DNA of 64,000 bases from an uncultured Solirubrobacterales bacterium (GCA_963791485.1 CAWBSO010000005.1:324741-388740); one strand, 5' to 3'. Positions 7,287-16,709 are shown, numbered from the stretch's first letter. The notes: generated from the letters alone by a model not told the origin. Program-made: numbers and translations.

Positions 7287-8495
7287 CTCCGCGCTCACCG
7301 AGCGCACGCGACCGCCTGACGATTTACGCTTGCGGTAGGTAAGGCAATGCTCAGTACGCATCCGCCGATCAAGGGAGTTGTCACCGTCTGTTGGCGGCGG
7401 TAGATAGCGGCTACCGCTCGGTATGGGACGTTCGAGTCGATCTATACACACCATGCCCTGAGCATCAGCTAGCCCGTCTACGATACTGCTCACACTCACA
7501 GTCGCGCTACGTACCGTGGCATCAGCAACAACCACCGTCATATAGCCGCCCGGTCGTAGTACCCGTCGGATCTCACTAAGAACCGAGCCGAAGTCGTTGA
7601 TGTAACGGGACACAATTCGTCCGCCCCGAGTGTCCAATGCCGACGGACACACGCTGTCAAGGATTGCGGCGTACTGAGGTTCAACATCGTCGCCGCGCTC
7701 ACTGCCGATCGAGTCAGTGCGGACCTTTCGCAGTGACCTGACTGTGTACCCCATCCAAATAAGACTCAATCTATGACCACGCATATAGTCGATGGCCTGA
7801 AGATAGGGCGGTGAAGTGATCACCGCATCAACTGAATCGTGGGGAAGCGAGAGCCTGCGTGCATCGCCACGCCGCAGCAACAGCTCTTTCGCTCGCACCC
7901 GTCGCTCGCTGAGCGCCTGATGACGCCGCCCTACCGCCTGCGCAGCATCGACAAATTGCTCGATCGGATCGAAACTAGCCCGCTCGCGTACCCGATGCGG
8001 CCTACTGTGTGAAACGTCTCGCGCCCGTGATGCTCCAGCGTCCTTGGTGATAATAAGCCTGCTAAAGGCGCACCAAAGTGGGCGGCGAAAGATCGGCGCA
8101 GCTTGGACGATATGGGTCGCGAGCGCACCGAGATGGCGCTGCGTCTCTGGATCAAACCAATAGTCGATGAACTCTTGGCTCTCTGGGTCACTGTGTATGT
8201 ACGGTCGGTGCCGACTGGCGCGTGCCCACTCTGCAACTTGCTCTGCTGCCCGAATATAGGCGGGTACACGCAATGAGCGTCCGTTGGTCTGAGCGATGAG
8301 AACGGCCAATGGGTCCTTATCAAAGCCGATCGCCTGGTAGCCATGTAGAGAAGCGAGTACCGGGATAGTGCCTGAACCCATCATTGGGTCGAGAACTACT
8401 TTCGAGCGTCCTCTGGTTCGCGGCAGTCGGCGCAAGGCCAGCTCGGGCGCCATGCGGGCCGGAAATGGGTGTACCGGCAGCGCGAGACTGGTCAT
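7245..8495 (-). CDS. Amino (N4-C/N6-A) DNA methyltransferase
   Basis: HPFPARM, VLDPMMGSGT (motif I) N-terminal and ITSPPY (motif IV) C-terminal; start overlaps the ATPase stop codon. Confidence 0.88.
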   Translation of the reverse strand: MTSLALPVHPFPARMAPELALRRLPRTRGRSKVVLDPMMGSGTIPVLASLHGYQAIGFDKDPLAVLIAQTNGRSLRVPAYIRAAEQVAEWARASRHRPYIHSDPESQEFIDYWFDPETQRHLGALATHIVQAAPIFRRPLWCAFSRLIITKDAGASRARDVSHSRPHRVRERASFDPIEQFVDAAQAVGRRHQALSERRVRAKELLLRRGDARRLSLPHDSVDAVITSPPYLQAIDYMRGHRLSLIWMGYTVRSLRKVRTDSIGSERGDDVEPQYAAILDSVCPSALDTRGGRIVSRYINDFGSVLSEIRRVLRPGGYMTVVVADATVRSATVSVSSIVDGLADAQGMVCIDRLERPIPSGSRYLPPPTDGDNSLDRRMRTEHCLTYRKRKSSGGRVRSVSAESSSALSGGAKAGR

Positions 8496-11053
8496 GCTTC
8501 TACAGAGTTACCGTTGCCATTACCCAGCGCCGCGCGAAATGTGCCAACTACGTCACTATCCAGAGGCCCAACTGTTGCTCGAAGCTCAGCCATCACCCCA
8601 TCGACTGAGGCATTTAGCGCAAACCGTTCGTCCGCCTCGAACCACAAGCCATTTGGTGCAAGTGCGCTGAGACCTCGCAGCATCGCCGTTAGTGGCCTGA
8701 TCGCGATATCAATGTTGTGTCGCATACGGAGGGCGGTGCTTAGGGTGGAAACGTCAACAGCGTCCTGGCGATCACTGAGCTCACGTGTCAAATCGAGGAT
8801 CTGCTTCACGGGTGGCGGGGCCGGTGCATCCGACGCGACAACTGTATCGACGTACTCTCTAGTTGCAGAGGGAGTACGCAACATCAACAGCTCACGGAGC
8901 GTCTCGGGTGTAACGGCCCGAAATGGAAAGGCATCAACAAGGCGAGCAAGATCGTCCACTGTAATAGGGGTAATCTCGCTGTTTGTGCAATAAGTCTCAA
9001 TCGAACTGTTCTCGGTCGCGCTACCCTCGAATCCAGGTGCAACGAGTAGTGTGTAATTCGCTTTATGCCGTACCCGGTGCTTCTTGAGCGCGTCGGTATT
9101 GGCCGTCGCCGCCTTGATCGCCTCGTGCTTTGAGGACTTCGAGTCGTATGTCAGTGAATAATCGGTCGTTCCACCGTCGATCTCACGTGCCCCCAGGTGT
9201 GCGCGGGCAATACCATCGGGCTCGCCTTGGCCGCCGATGCGCGTAACCTCGAAGCCAAGTGTCTCAAGAGCGTCGGCTACAGCGTCCTCGAGCTCGTTCT
9301 TGAACCCCTTTGCGTCTCGTAGTTGCCGAGCGACGACGGGCGCTGAACGCGGATGGATATTTACCAATGCCCGAAGAAACTCATCACGCCTATTCAGGAT
9401 CTTCACAACCAGAGCCGGCTCGATGTCCTCATCCACCATGTACACCTGCGTCAATAGCTCCGTCACACCGACGAGACGCAGTGGCTCCGCAGCACCGTGA
9501 ACATCCAAATAGTTACTTACAAAAGGATGATTAGCATTGACGATCGCAGCGCGCTTGGCAACGTCGTAGCGGACAAGCGGCTTCTCGTGGCCTAGAGGCT
9601 CGATGAGCACCCTCTGTAGCAATGTGTCGTGAGACTCGATCGCCTCACGCGCATTGCTTAGAGCCTCATCATCGAGAGCCAGCAGCGTAGTGAGCGCTGT
9701 GTCACCTTCGACAGCTCGTCGCAGGACGCGGCGTAGAGGCGCAGTCGAAAGGGCCGGAGGTGGAGCCGCGATCCTCTCAGCAGCGGCGAGCAAGTCCTTG
9801 TCGCCCTCGTCTTCGAGCTTAGAACGCACAGTGCGCGCACGGTTGAAGACATTGAGAAGGTACGCCTTAACCTCCTTTAGGGCTGCGGACTCTTGGATGC
9901 TCTCTCGCGGGGAGGCGATATAGGCGTCCAGGCCGTCCGCCAAGACATCCATCCGAAATCGCGTTAGGACCCCGTGGTGCAGCTCTACGTCGATGCCGAA
10001 TGTCTCGTCATCCAAGTTTACGAGACGACTGCGGACCTTTACAAAGAAGCCATGACTTCGGCCCAGCTCCTCGGACCTACCCCGCTTTAGTGAACTCTCG
10101 AACAACTGTGCCTTGCCCCGAATAATGCCGGCCGTATCGAGCTGCACACCTGGCCCACCGTCGTCATTAATGATCTTTGTCTTATACGGCCAGTTCTCCA
10201 GGTTTGAGTCGTCCTCTCCTATGACGAACTCCCAGTCAACGGTTCCCTCCGCCTTGCTCGACTCTAGCTTCTCTCCATTGAACCAAAGGAGAAACTCATT
10301 GCTTAGCGGGAGCGCTGAACGTAGGATCCAGCGCAGTCGCCCACGTTCTATCTCCTGGCCGCGCTGCTTGAGTTGACCAAGGATCGCTGCCGTCCATGAA
10401 CCAGCAGCGTCTTTGCCAAATAGGCTCGCAGCCACAATATCCTTCTCGCCGAGCACGTTCTTGACGGAAGCCTGAGCCTCTTTTGCCGTCAAACGCACGA
10501 CTTCCAGTGCCATCGGGGTTGGATCACTCATCTGGCCCGTTGCGCGCCCATAGTCCATCGTCACTGCGAGGTACTTTCCGCCCTTCTTGCAAACGTAGGT
10601 AAGCTGCGTCGCGAGCACGTAGGTAGCGAGCTTCCCAATTCCAAACTTCCCTATCGGTAGGCGATCCAAGTTCATGGTTTCTTCACCAGAGTCGCCGCGC
10701 TTAGATGAGACACCTATCTCCCAAAGCTCCTCAAAGCCACCAATATCCATTGAGATGCCATCGTCGATGACGGCCAAATAAGCGTCTGGAGAGTTCAAAT
10801 CGTCGGGTACGCGCACCCAGACGCGCCTCGCGCCGGCGTCATAGGCATTAGAAACGAGCTCCTCGAAAGCCTTATTGGGAGACGAGTAGAGCCCCATCGA
10901 GAAGCGGTCGATGATGCCGTATGAGAGACGAACGTCGATCTCGCCCTCGCGCGTACCGCCCTGGATGAAGTCCGCCGGTCCGACCTGAGGTATCTCGCGC
11001 GCGGCGGTGCCTTGGACGCTCACGATGTCGAGACCCCCTGCACCGAGAGGCAC
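8492..11053 (-). CDS. GHKL/MORC-type ATPase fused to a C-terminal Mrr-like PD-(D/E)XK nuclease
   Basis: EELVSNAYDA, DDGISM and IGKFGIGKLA GHKL motifs; ELEDAVADALETLGFEV..GGQGEPDG...YDSKS nuclease motif; start uncertain. Confidence 0.82.
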   Translation of the reverse strand: MPLGAGGLDIVSVQGTAAREIPQVGPADFIQGGTREGEIDVRLSYGIIDRFSMGLYSSPNKAFEELVSNAYDAGARRVWVRVPDDLNSPDAYLAVIDDGISMDIGGFEELWEIGVSSKRGDSGEETMNLDRLPIGKFGIGKLATYVLATQLTYVCKKGGKYLAVTMDYGRATGQMSDPTPMALEVVRLTAKEAQASVKNVLGEKDIVAASLFGKDAAGSWTAAILGQLKQRGQEIERGRLRWILRSALPLSNEFLLWFNGEKLESSKAEGTVDWEFVIGEDDSNLENWPYKTKIINDDGGPGVQLDTAGIIRGKAQLFESSLKRGRSEELGRSHGFFVKVRSRLVNLDDETFGIDVELHHGVLTRFRMDVLADGLDAYIASPRESIQESAALKEVKAYLLNVFNRARTVRSKLEDEGDKDLLAAAERIAAPPPALSTAPLRRVLRRAVEGDTALTTLLALDDEALSNAREAIESHDTLLQRVLIEPLGHEKPLVRYDVAKRAAIVNANHPFVSNYLDVHGAAEPLRLVGVTELLTQVYMVDEDIEPALVVKILNRRDEFLRALVNIHPRSAPVVARQLRDAKGFKNELEDAVADALETLGFEVTRIGGQGEPDGIARAHLGAREIDGGTTDYSLTYDSKSSKHEAIKAATANTDALKKHRVRHKANYTLLVAPGFEGSATENSSIETYCTNSEITPITVDDLARLVDAFPFRAVTPETLRELLMLRTPSATREYVDTVVASDAPAPPPVKQILDLTRELSDRQDAVDVSTLSTALRMRHNIDIAIRPLTAMLRGLSALAPNGLWFEADERFALNASVDGVMAELRATVGPLDSDVVGTFRAALGNGNGNSVEA

Positions 11054-11192
11054 AGGTCGCGCGGCATTGTCGCTAGCAGCTGACGCTCCATCGGTCCAGG
11101 CTATCGGGCCATGCCTGTGAGCGCAGCCACGGCGCCCAGTTCACGCGGCCGGACCGAGCGAGCTTGTTCAAGGCAACGAGGCAACCGTCAGC

Positions 11193-11624
11193 TCAGATCG
11201 TATCCAGCGGGAGTACGCCGCAGTCCACGAGACGCTCCTGAAGCTCGCGCCGGTCCGCACCACGATCGCGCCTAGCGAGAGGCGGCCTCGATGCCCACTC
11301 GATCTCTAGGACGGTGTATCCCTGCTCGCGAGCAGCTCGGCGCTTGCGGTCATCGTAGATGCGTCGTTGCCGTCCACGGTCCACGCCGCTCACGGTAACG
11401 ACGCCGGGCTTGTCCCAGAAGCGCACCGGCAGCCGATGCTGCTCCTCGTCGACCTCCACGATGAGCTTGCGGGACTCCCAGGCCGCGTCGAAAGGCAGCC
11501 TTTCTCGACGGCGCGTCTTTTCGCTGAGGTCGCCGAGAGCCCAACCGAAGCGCGCCTCGCGTCGGGGCATCTCCTGAAGGATCTCCGCGAGGAGACCGAC
11601 AACATAGTCCGCAGCTTGTCCCAC
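11193..11624 (-). CDS. Vsr/DUF559-like endonuclease
   Basis: LPFDAAWESRKLIVEVDEEQH...YDDRKRRAAREQGYTVLEI matches the D..(E.D..QH)..D..K...G..VL.I pattern. Confidence 0.65.
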   Translation of the reverse strand: MGQAADYVVGLLAEILQEMPRREARFGWALGDLSEKTRRRERLPFDAAWESRKLIVEVDEEQHRLPVRFWDKPGVVTVSGVDRGRQRRIYDDRKRRAAREQGYTVLEIEWASRPPLARRDRGADRRELQERLVDCGVLPLDTI

Positions 11625-11853
11625 TCCAAGGAGTCAAGCAGCCTCGGCTGACGGCTCCCAGCCCAAGATGAAGACATCCGTCTGAGGGTCCTCGCCCTGC
11701 TGTTCGCTGACGGGCTCCTTGCCCGCCTACAGCACTAGTCCGGCCTGCCGAATAGTCCTTGAAAGGGGACGTGATCGCGTATGCGCTGGAATAGCCGTCG
11801 CTCCGGTACGGGGCCGTCGTCCGCGACGGCTTCCCCGCCCCTGGATGAAATTG

Positions 11854-11885
11854 GTTGTCGCGCTGAGGCGCCAGCCCGCATTAAC
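11854..11885 (+). promoter_or_regulatory. Putative ECF promoter GTTGTC-N17-CGCATTAAC (copy 1)
   Basis: Identical bipartite motif with identical spacing at 15137-15168; GTG/ATG start 3-6 nt downstream. Confidence 0.65.
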
Positions 11886-11891
11886 GGGGTG

Positions 11892-13268
11892 ATGGCATCT
11901 CCTGCGCAATCCGCCGTGATCCCCCGGCCCGCCGGGCTGCCGCTCGTGCGGCGCGGCCATACACGCTGGCTCGTGCGGGCTCCGGGCCGGCAGGGCGCGC
12001 TGTCCCCTGAGGAGGCGGCGCACGCGCTGAAGGCGAAGCGCGCGGAGCTTCGCAAGCGCCTGGACTGGCGGCGCGACGTGGCGGGGATGCCCGCCCATGT
12101 CCGCGATGAGATCGTGGACGAGGCGATCGGCTTGGTCGTGATGTCCAGCAAGCCAATCCGTAGCGAGGAGCACCTACAGGGCGCGTTCTGGGCCTCGATC
12201 GGCTATCTGCTGGTCGAGTATCGCTCCGGTCGCCGTGACCTGCACGTCGGCTCCCGCCGCCGCGTGGACTTCGAGCCCATCGCCGAAGTGCTCAGCGACG
12301 ACAGCGAGCCCTTCGACTTGGTTGCCGCGCGTGAGCGGATCGCCACGGCCGCCGACCTCATGGCGCAGCTCGACCCGTTCGAGCAGCGGGTAGTCGCGGT
12401 GATGGCTACGCATAACCTCGGCGTCAAGCGCGCCGCGAAGGCCTTGGGCGAGCCGATCAAGACCGTGCTCGCCGCGTCGCGTAGCGCGCAGCGCAAGCTC
12501 GATCACGTCGCGGCAATCACGGCCGCCGGGCGTATGTGCGACTACCGCGAGCAGGCGATCCACGCGCACGCTCACGGGACCGCAGAGGCCGAGCAAGAGA
12601 AGATCGCACGGGCGCACCTCGCCGCATGTGCTGGCTGTCGATCCTCCTACACCACCCTCTTGCGGGAGATGAGCGGCCGGGAGTTCCAGCGCGCCGCGAG
12701 CGCAGCTTTCTTGCCGCCGCCGATGCTCGCCGCCCACCTACACGGCCGCTGGATCGAGCGACTGATCTCCCTGCTCTCAACGGGTCGCGTGCCGAGCGGA
12801 ACCGCGACGGCCGAGCGCACGGCCGGGGTGCTCGGTGGCGGCGGGCTGGTCAAGGCAGCCGCCGCGACCTCTGCCATCGTGATCGCCGGTGCCGGCGTGG
12901 GCGCGAGAGTTGTCCACTCCCTTGAAGCGCCCGCGCCCGTCCACCACCATCACAAGGTCGCTACGCACCCGGCCGCGAGCACATCCGCAGCGGGTATCGC
13001 GCCGACGACAGTTGCCGGCGGACTGACCTCCACACGGACGCCGACCGCTCCGCACGCCGCCACCCCGGCCCGTGCCAAGCACCATTCGACACCACCACCG
13101 AGCCACGACCTCGAATATCTCGCGCTCGGCGGAGGCACGGGCGAAGGCACCGCCCCACAAAAGCCTGTGGCAGTAACAGCGAACACCCACCCATCCGGGT
13201 ATGTCGAAGAATCGCCGCCACCCTCACGTAGCGGCGGTGGGAGCAACCTGAACTATCTAGGCAAATGA
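11892..13268 (+). CDS. Divergent ECF sigma factor fused to a zinc anti-sigma motif, TM helix and His/Pro/Thr-rich tail
   Basis: sigma2-like VRDEIVDEAI, sigma4-like LDPFEQRVV...RAAKALGEPIKTV...AQRKL, ZAS HLAACAGC, TM AAATSAIVIAGAGVGA, ends NLNYLGK. Confidence 0.7.
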   Translation: MASPAQSAVIPRPAGLPLVRRGHTRWLVRAPGRQGALSPEEAAHALKAKRAELRKRLDWRRDVAGMPAHVRDEIVDEAIGLVVMSSKPIRSEEHLQGAFWASIGYLLVEYRSGRRDLHVGSRRRVDFEPIAEVLSDDSEPFDLVAARERIATAADLMAQLDPFEQRVVAVMATHNLGVKRAAKALGEPIKTVLAASRSAQRKLDHVAAITAAGRMCDYREQAIHAHAHGTAEAEQEKIARAHLAACAGCRSSYTTLLREMSGREFQRAASAAFLPPPMLAAHLHGRWIERLISLLSTGRVPSGTATAERTAGVLGGGGLVKAAAATSAIVIAGAGVGARVVHSLEAPAPVHHHHKVATHPAASTSAAGIAPTTVAGGLTSTRTPTAPHAATPARAKHHSTPPPSHDLEYLALGGGTGEGTAPQKPVAVTANTHPSGYVEESPPPSRSGGGSNLNYLGK

Positions 13269-13300
13269 GCGCAAGCCACACTGGAAAGGAATCCAAACAA

Positions 13301-15040
13301 ATGACTCTCAAACCCACCCGTAGCCGCGCTTGCCTATATGCGGTCGCGCTCATATTCACCCTTGCGCTAGCCCCACCGTGTATCGAGTCGCAGGCTGCGC
13401 TTGCGTCGGTCGCCCGTGACGCTCAGCCGGCGAGCGAACCTGCCCCCTCCGGGCATCCCGGTTACTGGGCGCAAACCTCTTGCTCCGAAGGTAACGAAAT
13501 CGCCTACACGGAAGGATGGCGGACCGAATCGACTGGCGGATACCCCACCATGTACGGGTCCATCGACACATGCTTGGAGCTGGGTGGTGCGATGGAAATG
13601 AGAGACGAAGGCTACCGCGACTCAACCCCTGAAAGTGGGCCAATGTTCATCTACGAAACGCCGCCGGTTTCCTACATCGCCGGTGGCGTACTGAAGGTCC
13701 GTCTGAAAGCGCCACACGGCGAGGTCTACATCGCCACACCACAAGACAAACTCGATGTGCAAGACGAACTACTGAACTGCAGCACCCTATGCCCGAGCGC
13801 CGAAGAACGAACCATCAACATCACCCATACCGGCGGCTGGGAGCTATTCGCGGGCGCGATGTGTCTCCCCGAACCTGAAGCCAGCACTTGCCCGAACGGA
13901 GGCGACGCTGAACTGGCGATCAAGAGCGCCACGATCATGCTCAAGAACGAATCGACGCCGACCGCAAGCGGATTCGCCGGCAGCCTCGCGGGCAGCGCTC
14001 CCGTGAGCGGCAGCGCAAGCCTCACGTTCAACGCGCAAGACACGCAGGGTCCGGGCGTCTACCGCGTCGTCGCACAGATCGACGAACAGACTGTGTGGTC
14101 CGGCACACCCAACCTCAACGAAGGCAAGTGCGTCGCGAACGGCACCTATTACAAAGCACTGAACTTCCGTTGGCGTCAGCCCTGCCCGCAGGAAACGGGC
14201 GTAAGCCTCGAAGTCCCCACATCCAGCATCGCCAACGGCCAACATCAGCTGGCCGTCGATGTCGAAGACGCCGCCGGCCATGTAAGCACCGTCTACCAAA
14301 AGACGATTACAGTCGAAGACCAGCTCGCCTCGACTACCGCCCCACCCACGACATCCAGCGTACCCTCCGCCGCCACAGTGGCCCCGGAAAGAGGCCCTTG
14401 CAACGGCAGCCCATGTGATGAAGCCGCGAAGCTCACGACGACCGCGCACGAGCCCAGCACGCTCACGCGGGCTCTCGGCCACTCGGCGATCACTCTCACA
14501 GGACGCTTGACCACGCCAACGGGCACCCCGGTCAAAGGCGCGCAGGTGCAGCTTCTCGTACAGGTGACGGGCTCTGCATCTATGGTCCATATCGCGACCG
14601 CTACGACTGGATCGGATGGCAACTGGGCACTCAAGGCCCCAGCAGGACCATCGCGGCTACTACAGGTCGCGTTCTACTCGCACACCCTTGACACCATTCC
14701 GGCTTCGACCCTCGACTTTCACGAGAACGTCCAAGGCGCGGTGTCGATGCACGCACCACGCCGAGCCCGGCTCGGCCGGACGGTCGTGTTCACCGGCCAG
14801 ATCGCAGGTGGCTATGTGCCGGCTGGCGGGGAGTCCGTGCAGATCGAGATCTTCTACGGCGGACGGTGGCGCACCATCGAAGTGCTGCCGACCAACAGCA
14901 AAGGCCGTTGGGCCTACAAGTACGTGTTCTCGCTCGGGGTCGGTGCGTCCTATCTCTTTAGGGCAGCAACCGTCCCGAACGCCGGCTACCCGTTCCTCTG
15001 CACCCACAGCAAGCCGGTACGAGTGACCGTTCAGCGCTGA
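13301..15040 (+). CDS. Secreted beta-rich protein with Ig-like/carboxypeptidase-regulatory-like domains
   Basis: Signal peptide (CLYAVALIFTLALA), many Cys, VEDAAGH Ig-like end, ITLTGRLTTPTGTPVKGAQV and TTGSDGNW; AAGGA RBS. Confidence 0.7.
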   Translation: MTLKPTRSRACLYAVALIFTLALAPPCIESQAALASVARDAQPASEPAPSGHPGYWAQTSCSEGNEIAYTEGWRTESTGGYPTMYGSIDTCLELGGAMEMRDEGYRDSTPESGPMFIYETPPVSYIAGGVLKVRLKAPHGEVYIATPQDKLDVQDELLNCSTLCPSAEERTINITHTGGWELFAGAMCLPEPEASTCPNGGDAELAIKSATIMLKNESTPTASGFAGSLAGSAPVSGSASLTFNAQDTQGPGVYRVVAQIDEQTVWSGTPNLNEGKCVANGTYYKALNFRWRQPCPQETGVSLEVPTSSIANGQHQLAVDVEDAAGHVSTVYQKTITVEDQLASTTAPPTTSSVPSAATVAPERGPCNGSPCDEAAKLTTTAHEPSTLTRALGHSAITLTGRLTTPTGTPVKGAQVQLLVQVTGSASMVHIATATTGSDGNWALKAPAGPSRLLQVAFYSHTLDTIPASTLDFHENVQGAVSMHAPRRARLGRTVVFTGQIAGGYVPAGGESVQIEIFYGGRWRTIEVLPTNSKGRWAYKYVFSLGVGASYLFRAATVPNAGYPFLCTHSKPVRVTVQR

Positions 15041-15136
15041 CGCTGCGTGCCCGTACTGGCACGCAGCCCGGATTCAGACTTACGCCCACCGTCACCACGG
15101 TGGGCGTAAGTGTTTAACGCTATGGCTCGCGTATTC

Positions 15137-15168
15137 GTTGTCTCTCCGGCGGCGGTGCTCGCATTAAC
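15137..15168 (+). promoter_or_regulatory. Putative ECF promoter GTTGTC-N17-CGCATTAAC (copy 2)
   Basis: Matches 11854-11885; ATG 15173 follows after 4 nt. Confidence 0.65.
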
Positions 15169-15172
15169 AATC

Positions 15173-15643
15173 ATGGACCCGTTTTCTGAGAGCGAGTGGT
15201 TTGACGATGACCCTCCGGCCGATTCGCTGCCGGGCGCATCACCGTCGAGCCCGGGGGAGCAGGCGAGCCCGCCGGCACCTTCGGCACCCGCGCCTGCGGT
15301 GACCATTGCAGATTGGCTGGCGGCCCGATGGCTGGTGTGCTTGGCAGGGGTGCTGATCGTGCTCTTGCTCGCCGTGGTCGTCGTCGAGCTGAGCTATCCC
15401 CGTCCACGACCACAAGCCCACGCTACACGAGCGCACCATCACTACGCAGGACCCAAGCGTCGGCATCAACGCAGGCACATTACATATGTGGTTCGGCCTA
15501 GTTCTGGAGCGCCGCCCACTGTCGTAAAGCGGCCCAGTCAGCCGGTCGGGCGTCCCAGTGGAGCACGACCCGTCGGTTCCGAACGTCCCGTCGCGGCTGG
15601 ACAGGTCGGTAATACGGAACAGTTCGCTTATCTAGGTCGTTAG
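15173..15643 (+). CDS. Single-pass membrane protein with acidic N-terminus and His/Pro-rich tail ending EQFAYLGR
   Basis: TM WLVCLAGVLIVLLLAVVVV; start set at the ATG just after the promoter motif. Confidence 0.65.
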   Translation: MDPFSESEWFDDDPPADSLPGASPSSPGEQASPPAPSAPAPAVTIADWLAARWLVCLAGVLIVLLLAVVVVELSYPRPRPQAHATRAHHHYAGPKRRHQRRHITYVVRPSSGAPPTVVKRPSQPVGRPSGARPVGSERPVAAGQVGNTEQFAYLGR

Positions 15644-15653
15644 GGGTCTTGAG

Positions 15654-15986
15654 ATGAGTCCGGCTTGGTCTGAGTCTGTGGTCGCTCTAGTGACGGGTCG
15701 CCTTACCCTTCTCGCTGATCCTACCCGTGTGCAACTGCTGGTGCTGCTCGAACAGCACGAGAGCACTGTGCAGGATCTGTCGAGCAAGGTGGCTTGTACG
15801 CCGCAGAACGTTTCACGCCACCTGAGTATCTTGCATCGGGCGGGTATCGTCGCACGCAAGCGTGATGGGACTTCGGTGTACTACTCGCTAGCGGACTTCT
15901 CGACCTGTCGTCTTCTCGACCAGGTTCTCGCGAGCATCACCGGCCAGATTGACGAGCTGGCCGACGTTGTGAAGCTCGCCGCATAG
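15654..15986 (+). CDS. ArsR/SmtB-family transcriptional regulator
   Basis: LADPTRVQLL...TVQDL...QNVSRHLSILHRAGIV..KRDGTSVYYSL. Confidence 0.9.
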   Translation: MSPAWSESVVALVTGRLTLLADPTRVQLLVLLEQHESTVQDLSSKVACTPQNVSRHLSILHRAGIVARKRDGTSVYYSLADFSTCRLLDQVLASITGQIDELADVVKLAA

Positions 15987-16057
15987 ACGCCACGCACAGC
16001 GTGGTCGTGAGCCCGGTGTGCATCGGAGGGATGCGTGCTGGGCTGTCGCAGGCTGCT

Positions 16058-16105
16058 TATGAAAGCGCTTGCTTTCATATTTGATGTAAGCAATTGCTTT
16101 CACAT
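16058..16105. promoter_or_regulatory. AT-rich double inverted repeat, candidate ArsR operator upstream of the tra operon
   Basis: TATGAAAGC-GCTT-GCTTTCATA (16058-16079) and AAGCAATTGCTT (16088-16099). Confidence 0.55.
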
Positions 16106-16152
16106 GATGTGCGCTTGTGGTTGTTTGGGCGTGCGCCGTCTACCGTCGCCCT

Positions 16153-16377
16153 ATGACTGTTTTCCGTAGGACGACAACTAGTGAAAGTCAGCCCGAGAGT
16201 GTTAAGCGGCTGGCGCGTTTCGCGGGTCGTGTGTTGTTGTGGGGCTGTGTGCTGCTGCTGCTGGTTCGCGGCATCGCCTCCTACTTCGACACCACTTCCC
16301 GCGTGCCCACAACGACAAGCGGTGTGACGGTGACACAGCCCGTCAGCACCGGAACCTCGCAAGCGCAGAGGAAGTGA
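16153..16377 (+). CDS. Small membrane protein, possibly a TcpC-like N-terminal fragment
   Basis: RLARFAGRVLLWGCVLLLLVRGIAS TM segment; first gene of the tra cluster. Confidence 0.5.
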   Translation: MTVFRRTTTSESQPESVKRLARFAGRVLLWGCVLLLLVRGIASYFDTTSRVPTTTSGVTVTQPVSTGTSQAQRK

Positions 16378-16382
16378 TTTGC

Positions 16383-16688
16383 ATGTCACACATACGGCGT
16401 ATCGGCCTGTGCTGTTTGCTGGCGATCTACACAGTGGCTTTGCTCCCGGCCGTCGCTCTCGCGGCGGGTAACGATGTTGGTGCGAACGTCGGAGGCCTTC
16501 TCAAGCATTACGCGGGGGAGCTTTACGGCGGGATCGTCGGCGTCATCAGCTTGATGTTTCTCCTAAACCGGCGCTACACCGAGCTGGCGGTGTTCTTGTT
16601 CGCCGCGATCGTTGTCGCGTGGATGGTGTTCGCGCCGTCTGACATCGCCAAAGCCGCTGAAGGCATCGGCAAACAGGTCTTCGGGTGA
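16383..16688 (+). CDS. VirB2/TcpD-like small conjugation membrane protein
   Basis: Signal-like N-terminus (PAVALAA) plus two TM helices; position before tcpE. Confidence 0.6.
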   Translation: MSHIRRIGLCCLLAIYTVALLPAVALAAGNDVGANVGGLLKHYAGELYGGIVGVISLMFLLNRRYTELAVFLFAAIVVAWMVFAPSDIAKAAEGIGKQVFG

Positions 16689-16709
16689 GCCGCGAGGAGC
16701 TGATTGGCG

